A stretch of DNA of 64,000 bases, from NCBI RefSeq assembly GCF_006345805.1, contig NC_043007.1, forward strand, positions 8,866,001 to 8,930,000, written 5' to 3'. The notes beneath the pieces were generated by a model. It worked only from the letters and a program-made list of their open reading frames with translations. It searched no databases and was not told where the DNA came from. Positions 25,915 through 38,957 of this stretch are shown here, piece by piece. Made by a program: the position numbers and the translations under genes. Numbering within the stretch: position 1 is the stretch's first letter; every line of letters starts with the position of its first letter. This DNA comes from Octopus sinensis. Taxonomy: Eukaryota.

Positions 25915-26140
25915 CTCGAGCACTGCGACTGGTACGGCTTGTTACTCGTTTCACATGGTGCACAAGTGATCGAGATCACAACACCTCGTCTGAAAGGGAG
26001 GCCAGTCCGTCACAGGTTTACATATTTACAGTCGAATGCACGGGAGCAACGTGAAATGATCTCTCTTGTTCAAAAACACAACGCGTCACCCAGTCTGGAA
26101 TTGAACTTGCAACGTCACTCTAACGACTGGGCCACGCCTC
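25915..26140 (-). mobile_element. SINE family E (head GGCGTGGCCCAGT..., TTG(A)GCAAG...CATTTCACGTTGCTC domain), diverged
   Basis: Similar to the copies at 29633, 31750, 35310 and 61850. Confidence 0.65.
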
Positions 26141-26858
26141 GAGTCCGTGTTATTATCCGGAGGCATTTCTCCTAAAATCTCTAATTTTCATGGAGTTCCT
26201 GTTCGTTGCTGAATCTATAATATACTCGAATGCTATTATGGTGATACTTTTGCATCGCTAGAGCATCGGAGAAAATACATCTCGGTATTAAGTTATGGTG
26301 CTTTTTCGTTGCTATTGAAATTAATAGCAACAGTAAAATCCATCAGATTAAATATACAGACTTTTGCAGGTAATATTATAAAAATGGCACGTGTTAGCAA
26401 GGACATGTACTTTTTCTCGTGCGTTGGGATGGTTAACCAGTTTCCATCGCGTATCTGTGTCTAAGATCACAATATTGCTTCTGAGCAGGACATTGGTCCT
26501 TTGCAGGGCTCAAGAACAGAAATTTTGAAGGAAAAATAAAAGCCTTTCATATCTACTGCAGCTTTTGAGTGATACTTTATTTTATCGATACAGATGAAAA
26601 AGAGGTAAAATCAGCAGAATGTGAACACAGAGCATAAAGACGGACTAAATGCCGCAAAGCATTCTGTCCGGCATGCTGACTATTCTGCAAGGTTTCAGCT
26701 CTTATCGATATGATTGTTGCGTTGAAAATAATCATCATAGTGAATCTTTTAATTATTTCGGTCGTTTATTAATTAACTAAACAAACGACATTAATTATTC
26801 CAAAAGAGAAAGGAAGGAAGGTAGACATCTATACCTTGTTGCATGAAGCAAATGAATG

Positions 26859-26895
<37 letters not shown>

Positions 26896-27286
26896 GCCCT
26901 TGGTTTTGTGAGTAAATATGCTTAACTCACAGTCTGGGTAAGCTTAGATTTATAGGATAAGAAATGAAGCAACTAACACGCGCATTGTAAATACAAATTC
27001 TTAGTGGAACAATATGCAAGACTTTTCTCAGGTTTAAAAGGCGATATTGTTTCTGTCATTTACATACCATTAATAGAGCTTTGTATAGTTGTTAGAAAGC
27101 AGCTCCTTCTTCAGAGGAAGGAGTTAGATAATTAAAAGCAGAAGGGAACATACATACGCACAGAAATGCATACATGCATACATATATACATACATACATA
27201 CATACATACATACACAATAGATAGATAGAGAGAGAGAGATAGAGAGAGACAGATAGACAGACATACATAAGGTCAGACAGACAGAC

Positions 27287-27421
<135 letters not shown>

Positions 27422-27819
27422 CGGACATACACACAGATAGATAGACTAACTGACTGGCTGATTGATTGATTGATTGAGTGAGTGATTGACATCAGAATTG
27501 CCACCGAAAGAAAGTTAGTCTCAGACACGACAAATTAACCAAAGCAGATGAGGTCCTTTTGTTTTTTTAGCTTCTCAGCTAAGAGGAGGTAATTTCATAC
27601 AAATCCTGCATCGTGATAACTACTAGGCTTGTGGCATTTGTTTCACCTGACCGATAAAATACGTAAGATTGAGAGAATGAAACTGGCTCTGCAAAAATTA
27701 TGTTCATTATAATGATAAATATCTGCTGTTTTCAAGGAAGTTTATTGAGATAAGTGAGAAAACCCTCGCAGCAAATTCGAAGGGAGGTACCCCTAAGGCT
27801 GATTCGTACAGTTAAACTT

Positions 27820-28270
27820 AACAAATAGCAGGCACCTGCTAGAGCTCCATGGATAATTTTAACATATTGACTCGTCTTTCCTGCGTGGCCTGTTCATGAA
27901 TGGAGAGCTGGGACATATACCTGACACTTGACACTTCCTTCTGAAAACAGCCCGGGCTCAACAGAGATGATTAAGGTGCTTTTTTCGCAAAAGCCTTCAC
28001 TATAGATAAAAAAAATAAGGACAACCATACACTAGAAAGAGCAGAGAAACAGTGCTATAAACAGCAGATTTCTGGTTTACGTGGAATTTTAGGACACAAG
28101 CATTCACTGAATTTCCAATATTCAATGAAACCCTTATGATAATGAGAAGTAGACGTAGAAAAGTGAAGTTTGAGACAAAAGACTGTCAACTAATTGATAT
28201 TGCTCTAAAAGAAAATACAAGAGTAACCTAGAAAGATCATAAAGATAAGGAGCTGAAACGCTATCGCTAG
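27820..28270 (+). pseudogene. Possible very old LINE ORF2 3' region
   Basis: Weak motifs IYLT, TLERAEKQ and KRYR in broken frames. Confidence 0.25.
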
Positions 28271-28315
28271 TAAAAACGACAGATTGCTAATAACTATTCC
28301 CTTAAGAAGGTATGC

Positions 28316-28362
<47 letters not shown>

Positions 28363-28748
28363 GTGTGTGTGTGTGTTTATGTGTGTATATATATGTATGT
28401 ATGTATATGTTTATTAATATTTAACAGAAGTAATTATTAATATAACTAAGTACTAATAAAAATATACATAAACTCATGATCTTCGTTCAATTTTTCCTGT
28501 TTGCATCAACTTACCCATATATATGTGTGTGTGTGTGTGTGTGTGTTTGTGTGTCTGAAGGTAGGCATGTACGTGTGTGTGTATATATATATATATATAC
28601 ATGTATGTATATATATAAATGTATGTATATGTATATATGTGTGTGTCTATATATATGTGTATGTGTGTGTGTGAGTTTACATACATATCTATATTCACAT
28701 AGTAATATACAAATAGACAGAAGCAAACACATATATGTACGCACACAG

Positions 28749-29030
28749 ACATCAATAGTGATAAGATCTATAGGTATGGTTTCTAATAGATTGGACAACA
28801 GATTGGCTGAAGTAGGAAACAAAATTGGAACAATACACCAACATCAAAGAACTACTTCGTTAACCGCAGCTAGGAATATTACAAAAAAACCTATTAACGT
28901 AAGTGTAGTCAAAGAAAGCTTCAAGACTCAGTTACAAGCCGGAATTAAAATTGTCCCCTATAGGCAGCTACTACTGACATAAGGTATCTCAGATCTGGAA
29001 ACAAAGGACAATAGTAATACCACAACCGAT
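28749..29030 (+). pseudogene. Old R4/Dong-type (RLE) LINE C-terminal fragment
   Basis: TSIVIRSIGMVSNRLDNRLAEVG...QRTTSLTAAR then, with a -1 shift, ILQKNLLT*; compare the typical IVIGALG...QK..LLGTARILRK. Confidence 0.5.
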
Positions 29031-29044
29031 ATTGATAATGAATG

Positions 29045-29258
29045 TGGTAAAGTGGCAGAATCGTAAGCACACCGGCCAAAATACCCACGCAGAATTTCGT
29101 CCGTTTTTATGTTCTGAGTTCAAACTCCACGGATATCGACTTTACTTTTCATCCCTTCGGCTCGATGAAATAAGTACCAGTTGAGTCCTGTGGGTCGATA
29201 TAATCGACTTTCCCCGTGCCCACTCAGTCAATGGCTTTATGCCAAAGTTTGAAATTGT
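29045..29258 (+). mobile_element. SINE family B
   Basis: GTGGCAGAATCGTAAGCAC...GAGTTCAAACTCC...AAGTACCAGTTG. Confidence 0.85.
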
Positions 29259-29605
29259 TATTACCTCTGCCTTAGCGAAGGTGGAGATATCGTTTTTAAG
29301 TCGCGTTTGTGTTTGTTTGTCTGTGGTCAATATATCTCAAGAATCACCGGATGGATTCGGATGAAACTTTCAGGGATGGTTGGCCTCGTGACTGACACGA
29401 ATTGATTAGATTTTGGGATCGATCCGGTACCGGACAAGGATTCTGGATTATTTTGCAGTTTTTTTTTTCTTACTTAATTTTTGAGAGCCATCGGATTCAT
29501 TTTTCGTATTCTCATTTCAGATATTCTCATTTCAAAAATCATCTCTAGTTAATGGTTGAGCGAACGTTAGTGTTGCCTTGGCGGAGGCTTGTGCTCTCTG
29601 TGTGT
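29259..29605 (+). mobile_element. Helentron-associated / DINE-1-like non-autonomous element
   Basis: 5' TTACCTCTGCCTTAGCGAAGGTGGAG hairpin, (GTTT/GTCT) microsatellite, 3' GCCTTGGCGGAGGC complementary to the 5' motif. Confidence 0.55.
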
Positions 29606-29632
29606 ACATGCTTATATCATTTCTATTTTTAT

Positions 29633-29900
29633 TGGCCTAGTGGTTAAGTTGTTGCACTCACGATCGCGAGATCGTGGTTTCAGTTCCTAGACTGGGTGGT
29701 GCGTTGTGTTCTTAAGCAAAACACTTCATTTCACGTTGCTCTGCAATCACTTCGACACCTGACCCATGGTACACCGCTTCCCTGTTCATATAACGTCCGT
29801 TTCACGAAGAAAGTGAGCGAATGTACAGCTCAAACATCTGATAACTATAAACAGATCATTTGTTTTGTGCAGGTCGTTCGGCAAAGGTTGAACCCTAATA
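29633..29900 (+). mobile_element. SINE family E
   Basis: TGGCCTAGTGGTTAAG A box, GTGTTCTTAAGCAAAACACTTCATTTCACGTTGCTC. Confidence 0.75.
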
Positions 29901-29932
29901 CGTCGTCTTCGGCGGGACGTTTCATTAATATT

Positions 29933-29963
<31 letters not shown>

Positions 29964-30009
29964 CTGTTGTTGTTGTTGTTGTTCCTGAAATTGGTAATGT
30001 GGTGAGTTG

Positions 30010-30810
30010 TTAGCACGCTGAACGAAATGCTTAGCAGTATTTCGCCCGTCGCTACGTACTGATCTCAAATCCCGCCGAGGTCCAATTTGCCTTTCATCCT
30101 TTCGGAGTCGGTAAAGTAAATACCAGTAAAACTCTGGGGTCGATATAATAGACTAGTCCCCCCCTCTAAAATTACAGGCCTCGTACCCTTATTAGAAATT
30201 ATTAGTATTGAGAGTGGTGAACTGGCAGAATCGTTAGCGCACAGTAAAAATATTTAGCGGCATTTTGTCCGTCTTTAGGTTGTGAGTTTAAATTCCGCGA
30301 AGGTCCACTTTGCCTTTCATTTTTTTCGGGGTCGATAAAATAAGTACCGTGCCAAAATTTGAAAGTATTATTACTAATGATGATAATGAAGTTAGCGCAG
30401 GACCAGCAATTGCGGTAAGTAGGCGCGGAATTGGTTTCATCTACGACATTGCTTCTCTGGTATTTATTTTATCAACTCCGGAATGATGAACGGGTGGAAA
30501 TTAAACTCAAAATGTAAAGAACCGAAAGAGATGCAGTTGAGCATTTTATCCGCTTCGCGAATGATTCTGCTCGCTCACCGCCTTAATAATAAAGATAATC
30601 TTTTCTACATTGTAGACTGAAGCCCTGAAATTTCGGGTTAGAGGGCTAATCGTTTACATCGATCTCATTTTTCAACTGGTTCTTTCAATCCCTAAAGAAT
30701 GTAAGGCAAAATCTACTTCGGTGGAGTATGAACTCAGAACACTAAGTTGGAAGAAATTCCACAAATCATTTTGTCCGGCCTGCTAACGATTCTACCAGAT
30801 CGTCGCTTTA
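30010..30810. mobile_element. Cluster of four SINE family B copies (30010-30200 +, 30210-30375 +, 30400-30585 -, 30590-30810 -)
   Basis: Recurring AAATNCCGCNGAGGTCNANTTTGCCTTTCAT and head GGCAGAATCGTTAGC, or their reverse complements. Confidence 0.8.
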
Positions 30811-31529
30811 TTACTGACAATAATCATAGAAGCTTTTGTAAAGTATGAACGTAGGGTATCTTCATCTATTCTAATTACTAATATAAGATGAGCTCATAAA
30901 TGAATAATAAAAGTCCTTTTCATAATTTAGTGTAAATTGATCGCTGACTTTAGAATGTTTACTTTTCGATAAGTAGTGGATATATTCACGGTTTGCTTCA
31001 AGGAGTTTACCAATAAAGGGGATAACATTTCTTATATGTTAAACTAAATTAACCCATTTTAACCCAGGTTAACCCTGTCGAAATTTTAGAGATAGTTATA
31101 TAAATAGGTATAACAAACATACGGAAGCGTCCAGTTAACCTTTATTGCAGTGAATAAACTAAATACAATAGTTAAATAAATACAAGCCTTATTTTGAGTG
31201 TAGTTAACCTTTATTGTAGTAAATGAAACAAATGCAAATGTCCTCAAAGGAGGACAGTGGGTTAATATAGGTTAAGTTAGTAAGATATACAATGAGAAAT
31301 TATTTAAAATCCAGATCAAGTTAAAATATATAAATAAGATATTTAAGTTAAATATTACTACATGCATTTCGAAGAGATAGTACAATTGTTAAACTGTAGC
31401 TAAAACTACCTTACGATTTTTACACCACCTCTCTCTTCCCGAAGTTCTTATCCTGGCGAGATCGGTTTTCTCCGTCATTGATTTCGAAGTCGATAAATGA
31501 ATTTGTGAAAGCGCTCGACTTTGTGCCTT

Positions 31530-31745
31530 GAGTAGGGCGGTGAACTAGCAGAATCGTTAGCACTCCAAGCAAAATGCTTTGCGGTATTTCGTACGTCTCC
31601 ACGTTCTGAGTTCAAATTCCACCGAGTCGCCTTTGCCTTTTATCTTTTCAGGGTCGATTAAATAAGTACCAGTTACGCACTGGGATCAATGTAATCAACT
31701 TAATCCCTTCCCCCAAATTTGCAGCCTTGTGCTTCCAGTAGAAAG
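31530..31745 (+). mobile_element. SINE family B
   Basis: AGCAGAATCGTTAGCAC...GAGTTCAAATTCC...CCTTGTGCTTCCAGTAGAAAGG. Confidence 0.85.
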
Positions 31746-31749
31746 GACT

Positions 31750-32050
31750 TAGTGCTTAGGGTATTCAGTTCAGGTTTGTAAGTTTATGAGTTCGATTCCT
31801 GGCTGTGTTGCGTCCTAGTGCAAGACACTTTATATCACATTACTCCAGACCATCTACCTGGTGGAAACGTGTAGTACCCGTATTTCAAAGGGCCAAACTT
31901 GTCATATTCTGCGATACGATGAATCTATCTGAGAGCTATGTTAAGGGTACCCGTGTTTGTGACGTTCTCAGAAACTTGCACTTTAATTTTAGGCTGTTCC
32001 ATTGATCAGATCAACTTGAATAATTGCCGTCGTAGCCGATAGAGTGCTAG
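31750..32050 (+). mobile_element. SINE with family-E head and family-D tail
   Basis: GAGTTCGATTCC, GCAAGACACTT, then TATTTCAAAGGGCC...GTTAAGGGTAC...GTCGTAGCCGA as in the 53056 and 63634 tails. Confidence 0.7.
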
Positions 32051-32659
32051 TTACATTCAAAAGCCCCAAAACAGGTCTCAAAATCGCTAACTTCCTCTGC
32101 ATGGCTAAACAGTAAAGCAAAATAAAACAACACAAACCAGTATTAGAAAATTTGTTTATCCATCCATCCATCTTCACTCCCAGCTATTCCTGGAGGAGTC
32201 CTGAGACCGGAGTCCTCGTGCACCTCACCATAGGGCTTCATCACAAGCAACAGTCGTTGCATTTCCCAGATAGACACTCAAGTGTGACCAACTGAGATTA
32301 CGAGTATTATCCAATCATATCTTTCTTGATCTACCCTTAGATCAGCTACTGGCTGGCTCGATTTAAATTATCTATCTTGCTATTCTTTCTTGTGATATTC
32401 TAATTCTGTATCGAGGAAAAATTTAAATTGTCATCAGAAGGATGATGCTAAGGAGTATTCTCTTGTTCCATTGGCAACTAAGGAGTAGTTTTTAATCAAG
32501 AGCCACACTCGGGAGAACACATAATATTACTGGTACCTACTTGATTAATCTTCACAGAAAGAAAGTGAAAGTTAACCTCACAAAGATATGAACACAGAAC
32601 ATAATGGATCGTAACTAAGTAGAAAAAAGTACTTACTGTGGAACACAGCTCAGTCTGCT

Positions 32660-32821
32660 GCCAGTAGTGGTGGTGGTGGTGTGGTGGTGGTTGTGGTGGT
32701 GGTGGTGGTCGTAGCGGCGGCGGCGGCTGTCGTGGTGGTGGTGGTGGTGGTGGTGTGGTGGTGGTGGTTGTGGTGGTCGCGGTGGTTGAAGCGGCAATGG
32801 TGTTGTTGGTGGCAGTGGTGA

Positions 32822-32853
<32 letters not shown>

Positions 32854-33231
32854 TAGTAGTAGTAGTAGTAGTAGTAGTAGTGATAAACATGTGAAATGAA
32901 ATTTGTTTAATTAAGTAATTAAGGCCCGAAATTTTGATTATATCTAATTAACTTTATTTTCTGATATTAACTTCATTTCATGTTTCTTCATATGTTAATT
33001 AGTTGTTGCAATTAGCTGGCATGTTTCCTGCCCTCCACACCCCTCCACCACCCATTACATACCTACCTACCTACCTACATACCTACCTACTCAACCGCAC
33101 ACACTAAACTACGCACACAAACACACACACACACAGACAAACAGACGCACATACGCACGCAGAGTGGCATCTCCATTTTGGTTCATTAAAACGTCTTTTT
33201 TTGTTTTAATGACGTCGACGACGACGACGAC

Positions 33232-33291
<60 letters not shown>

Positions 33292-33689
33292 GTGGTGGTG
33301 GTGGTGGTAGTGGTGGTGATGGTGGTGGTGGTGGTTGTGGTGGTGATGATGATGATGATGATGGTGATGGTGGTGGTGGTGATGATGATGATGATGATGA
33401 TGATGATGGTGATGGTGGTGGTGGTGATGGTGGTAGATCATAATGATGATGATAATGGTGGTGATGGTTGTGATGACGATGGCAATGAGGAGGTGAAGGA
33501 GGAGGAGGGGTAGAAAAAGTAGAATGATGATGATGACAATGAGGATGATAATGATGATGATGATGACAAAACGGCGAAGTGACAATGATCAGTCTTGCGT
33601 TGATGATGCTTATGTGATGATGGTGGTGTGTGTAGTGGTGGTGGTGGTGGTGGTGGTGGTGGTGGTGGTGGTGGTGGTGGTGGTGATGC

Positions 33690-33721
<32 letters not shown>

Positions 33722-33920
33722 TTGGTGGTGTTGGTGGTGGTGGTACTGGGCAACATGTGGCGTTTTGCTGTTCGTGATCATGTATATGCTGCTGTTGCTA
33801 CTGCTGCTGCTGATGATGATGATAGGGATGATGACGACGAGGATGATGATGATGAATGATGATGATGAGGAGGAGGAGGAGGAGGAGGATGACGATTGTG
33901 ATGATGATGATGATAGAAAG
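32660..33920. repeat. (GGT)n/(GAT)n/(TAG)n/(GAG)n mosaic
   Basis: Direct reading. Confidence 0.95.
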
Positions 33921-34159
33921 GAGGACGAAAAGAAAATGGATTAAGTTGTTCTCAGGCTTATTTGGACGGTTTTAGAAACACGACAAATGAAAAGAATTTG
34001 CTAATCCTGAATTGCAACACACCTCCAGTTCTTCGAGAGAAGGAATTGGAACTTTATCTGAAACATCCGCAAGCCTCTAGTGGCGCAGAAGGACCATTTC
34101 TAAGAGTGAGAGAGAGTGGGGGAGAAGACGGATAAAGAAAACGGAATTACTGATACCTA

Positions 34160-34860
34160 TTTTGTTTTTTCATTTTTCATTTTATTTGGGTTTGAGTCCA
34201 TGCTCAGGCCAAGTCGAAGACTCCACCCTCAGAGTCTGGTGTGGTTGCCAGGTTGTATTCTCTGCTTAAATTTGACATGTGTAGGAGCGAGTTTGAGTCA
34301 GTTTGTGCTCGTTGTGTATATCCTGGGAGATGGGGTTCATCTCTAATGGTGCTTAAGTATCTATCGAGTTGCAATTTGAATGATTCCACACTGCATCCTG
34401 ATAGATTTCTGACATGTACCGGAATGGAGTTGAACAGTTGTGCTCCTCGAACCAACAGACTTGATTCTCGCAGGGTTTTTGCTGCCTGGCCAGCCTTTTT
34501 GTTGATTGGTGGCAGCTGGCAGCGTCTTCCATGGCGCAGTGAGTGGTAGGTTTTGATACCAAAGTTTGGCACCTTCTGCTCTATCATTTTCCAAATGTAT
34601 ATAATTCGGTATCGCTCAAATCTTCTTTCTATTGAGTACATCCTCAAGGTTTTGAGTCTTTGCCAATAGTCCAGGTCCCTCGTTTCTGAGAAGTATGAGG
34701 TAAAATTTCTTTGGAGCGATTCTATCTTAGATAGTTGGCCCTTTGTTGTTGGTGACCACAACTGAGAACAGTAGTCAATCCTCGGAAGTATCATGATATA
34801 AATGATATAAATGAATGATAAACTTGACTTCGCAAAAATTGGAATTCTTTCGGTTGTTTC
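34160..34860 (-). mobile_element. 5'-truncated CR1-group LINE; ORF2 C-terminus still open
   Basis: LPRIDYCSQLWSP...IESLQRNFT...YWQRLKTLRMYSIERRFERYRIIYIWK...RGAQLFNSIP...FKLQLDRYL; stop at 34204; A-rich (AAAATG) tail. Confidence 0.88.
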
Positions 34861-34862
34861 AC

Positions 34863-35230
34863 CGTGGCTGTGTGGTAAGTAGCTTGCTAACCAACCACAT
34901 GGTTCCGGGTTCAGTCCCACTGCGTGGCATCTTGGGCAAGTGTCTTCTGCTATAGCCCCGGGCCGACTAATGCCTTGTGAGTGGATTTGGTAGTCGTATA
35001 TATGTATATATATATATATGCGTGTGTGTGTTTGTGTGTCTGTATTTGTCCCCCTAGCATTGCTTGACAACCGATGCTGGTGTGTTTATGTCCCCGTTAC
35101 TTAGCGGTTCGGCAAAAGAGACCGATAGAATAAGTACTGGGCTTATAAAAAGATTAAGTCCCGATTAAAGGCGGTGCTCCAGCATGGCCACAGTCAAATG
35201 ACTGGAACAAGTAAAAGAGTATAAAAGAGT
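34863..35230 (+). mobile_element. SINE family A (first bases replaced by the LINE 5' end)
   Basis: GTGGCTGTGTGGTAAG... to the AAAAGAGT tail. Confidence 0.92.
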
Positions 35231-35309
35231 ATTTAAAAATGCATTTATTCCTCATCACTACTGAATCAATGAAGGACAGTGGTGGGTTGTAGTACATGAC
35301 TGACGAGAG

Positions 35310-35580
35310 AGAAGTACGTGCCTTAGAGGCTAGAGTATTCAGCTCTCGATCCTAAAATCGTGTGTTCGTTTCCCGGCTGTTCGTTATGTACTTTAGTAAT
35401 ACACTTCGTTTTTCATTGCTCCAGTCCGCTCAGCTTGCAAAAATGAGTTTTACCAGTATTTCAAAGGGCTATCCTGGTCACATTCTGAATCAGACTCACT
35501 TTCCCTCAGAACTATGTTAAGGGTACGCGCGTCTGTAGTGTTCCGCCACTTGCACGTTAATTTCACGAACCGGCTGATTT
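35310..35580 (+). mobile_element. SINE with family-E head and family-D tail, diverged
   Basis: TTGCTCCAGTCCGCTCAGC, then TATTTCAAAGGGC...AGAACTATGTTAAGGGTAC. Confidence 0.65.
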
Positions 35581-35687
35581 AAAACCGGGACGAAAATCAA
35601 AATATCACTATTTATAAAGTTCTCTACGAATATATAATTTGCTCCAATGACCATTATTTTATTCTGTTTCTCTCACACACACACACG

Positions 35688-35734
<47 letters not shown>

Positions 35735-35879
35735 GTATGTATTTATATATATATCACGTGATCACGTGACCGACTAGAACATCAGATGTTGCTACACATC
35801 GCTGGTCACAATACCTTCGCATTATTTTAGTCTTCGAATGACGCCACCCCGCTGGCTAAGCGAGCAGGCCATATATATA

Positions 35880-35923
<44 letters not shown>

Positions 35924-36030
35924 GTATGTCAGAATAAGGACATAAATACTTAACAAGATGGAAAAAAAATAGTACTCGATTACCAGAAGTAGAGTAATAT
36001 GCTTTATTAAAAAGCACCAAAAATATCACG

Positions 36031-36076
36031 AAAACTGTTACTCAGAGTTTCACGTTCCTGTTCGTCGGACAATTTT
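36031..36076 (-). ncRNA. Type-I hammerhead-like motif with CCGACGA core
   Basis: AAAATTGT CCGACGA ACA-GGAA-CGT GAA ACTC-T-GAGT A ACAGTTTT; triplet GUA. Confidence 0.65.
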
Positions 36077-36091
36077 GCTTAGATTCTAAAC

Positions 36092-36136
36092 AAAACTGTC
36101 CAATGAACGGGAACGTGAAACCTGAGTAACAGTTTT
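36092..36136 (+). ncRNA. Decayed sister hammerhead-like motif
   Basis: AAAACTGT CCAATGA ACG-GGAA-CGT GAA ACCTGAGT A ACAGTTTT; core changes look like CpG decay. Confidence 0.5.
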
Positions 36137-36213
36137 TGTTATATTTTTGCTGCTTTTTTTATAAAGTATATAGATACATACATACAAACACACACATATA
36201 CATATATACATAC

Positions 36214-36257
<44 letters not shown>

Positions 36258-37599
36258 ATGGTTTCAAACTTTGTTACAAGGCCAGTAATTTTTTATGAGA
36301 CACAACAATAACGAAAAGTCTATACAAAAACCTGGTCGTGGAAACTACCACAGCCACCCGGAAAAGTGAGAAAAATATCTCACTCTCTTCACAGTCCCAA
36401 AAGTTAAGTAGTGCTTTAATTTATTGGGTTTTTCCTCAAGTTAAGCTGCTTAAATGTGCATGGCTTGGGAACATTTTGGAAGCAAGGACGTTTTCTCTTG
36501 TAGTTTGTTGGGGTTTCCATGACCAACACAGAATACTCTCCCTTTTGGGTACCACTGTCGTGTTATATGCTTACATTTCCAATTTTTAGCCGTTTATCTT
36601 TGTTAAAATTGTACACGCTTCTTATATATGACCCCACCTTTTCTTTTCCGTATCGTTCCTCTATGTCAGACCCTGGTTGCTAATAAAGAATTAAATTTTT
36701 CACGAGACTGAACAAGTCGATAACATCTCTCTCAGTCTTTGGGTGGTACTTTATTTCATCGACTCCAGAAAGAATGAAAGGCGGAGTTGATCATTGCAGA
36801 ATTTGAACTTATAGCGTAAAGAGGCTGAATTTTGTCTGGCATATTAACAACTCTGCCAGCTCGCCGCTTTAAGACCTTCAGCAGTCTAAGTGTTAATTTA
36901 GTGATTAAATCAATACAAGTATTCTAGGTGCTCAGGGCAGACATTTTGCAGTAATTCTCTCTCTTTACAAATGGTATATTGCGAAAATAAACAATATCAA
37001 TTATGGGAATAGCAAATTGCCGTGCAATAAGCCAGCAAATACAGCTTGTAAGCAGTGATTTGATGGGATTACAATGAGAGCCAAATTTAGCTTAAAACAT
37101 TATATAACCTCTTCAAAATTTTATGTGTTATTAGATTGGCTATTCCTGGGTACATGTGTCTCTTTTTCTACCACCACCTCTCTTTTTTCTGCCCACTTTG
37201 GAGTTCCTTTTTGTGAAGAAAAGGCAACCAATTTGAAGACCAGAGTTGTGTTGCGGGAGACATTGTGTTTAGTCAATTCCTAAACATGCCGGGTGGGTTG
37301 TATGTGTTAAGAAAATGTTAATAAGAGGGTGTTCGTTTTCGCCCCACCATTTGTCCCTGGAATACTTTAGCGGAGCCAATAGTTTCGCGTGTGCTTCAGT
37401 TGGGACTCCGATTTGCGGATAGATTTTTTTAATTCCCCACTTGATTTTTAGAGCCTTCGATAAACTCTCACGAAATCCTACAAAAATTAAATTTTCTCCT
37501 GTCTTTAAGACATTGTTACGTAAACTTTGTTGGGTTTTGGCTTTAATACAAATCTATTACATTTTCGTTAATCTTAATTTTGAGCACTCATAACGGTTT

Positions 37600-38193
37600 C
37601 TATTGTAGATCCTCTCCCTCATTTTTCCTCTCTCTCTTCCTCTCTCTCTTGCTCTCTCTCATCTTCTCTCCCTTTCCCTCCTACTCTTTGTCTCTCTTCA
37701 TCACCTTCACGCTCCCTTCCTCTTTCTCTCCCTCTCTCTCTCTTCCTCACCTCATTCTTTCTTTCCCTCTCTCTCTCCGTCTCTTTCCTTCTCTACCTTC
37801 TCTTCCCCATTCTTTTCTTTACTGTCTATCCCTCTCTCTAATAAACATTATTTCACTCCGAACTTATCTCTCAACAAAAAAAAAAAGAAAAAGAAAAATC
37901 GCCCCCATACACTATTTCTATTTCTCTCTTACTTTTTCTCCCCAATCTCTCCCTCTATCTCGATAATCAACTATCACATCTTCTCCACACCCGTAGCCTC
38001 TAGTGGTGACATCTTCAGTCGCTAACCCTGAACTCCAGGTGACGGGTTCAATACCCGTTCCATCAATCACTATAAAACATATTTATCTCTCCCATGCATC
38101 TTATCCTCAATAGAATCCCTTTTCATTTTCTTTCTTATTCAGCCCCTTTCTTAGCTTCTTTGATTCTCTATTTTTTCTATCTCTCTCTCTCTT

Positions 38194-38274
<81 letters not shown>

Positions 38275-38430
38275 GCTATCTGTTTTCTTTCTTTCTCCCT
38301 CACTATTCTCATTGCTTCTATTTTTCTTCCCCTCTCTCCCTCTCTTTTCTTTATTCATTTTCCCTCAAATTCTTTTCCTGCAGGTATTTTTTTCCTTCAG
38401 GTATTTTTTTCCCCCTAAAAGTATAAAAAT
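37600..38430. repeat. Polypyrimidine / (CT)n tract
   Basis: Direct reading; pure (CT)n around 38180-38270. Confidence 0.9.
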
Positions 38431-38957
38431 CGTATTCCTAAATCTGCAGAAAGGCATCTTTACAATTCCTACATCTGTCGATCTGCTATTTGCCCTTCCA
38501 TAATGTCAAACAAGATGGAGGCGAACGGGAAGAAAACAACAAACAGTAATTCTCAACATCGTTAGTGACCAAAACATGCGAATCCTTCACTGATGAGGAC
38601 AAACCTACGTTAAACATTACCTTCCATATACAAACTGAATAACAATGTTGTTGATTTTCACCTCAACAAACACTTTCAGCGTCTTTATATTGATTATCTC
38701 CAGTCGGATCGTTCTCTTATGGATACAGCCTATCATTAATCATTTGAAAAATCGCTATCGATCCAGAGAGAGAGATATTCTATGTGGTCATTCGTTCTAC
38801 AAAAAATAGGAAACAAGTTCCCCGTCAAGACACGCATGCTTTTTTTGTCTTTATAAAATACATAATTGGTACTTTAAGATTAGGAGCCTCATATATAAAT
38901 GACGTGGTCAGGAAGGTGATGGCGTTCATCAGACGTTGGACCTCCCAGGACTTGATC

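Larger units (their letters stand above)
35960..36167. mobile_element. Foldback element (arms 36001-36077 and 36091-36167), each arm starting with a hammerhead-like motif
   Basis: ~77-bp inverted repeat with a 13-nt spacer, embedded in TA/CA microsatellite. Confidence 0.75.

Noticed and set aside
31049-31275. Possible small MITE (17-bp imperfect inverted repeats, internal 70-bp-spaced repeat)
   Set aside because: The inverted repeat is AT-rich with 3 mismatches and no TSD; not supportable.
38585-38625. CTGATGAGGAC hammerhead-like start
   Set aside because: No GAAA, no stem III and no stem I partner follow.
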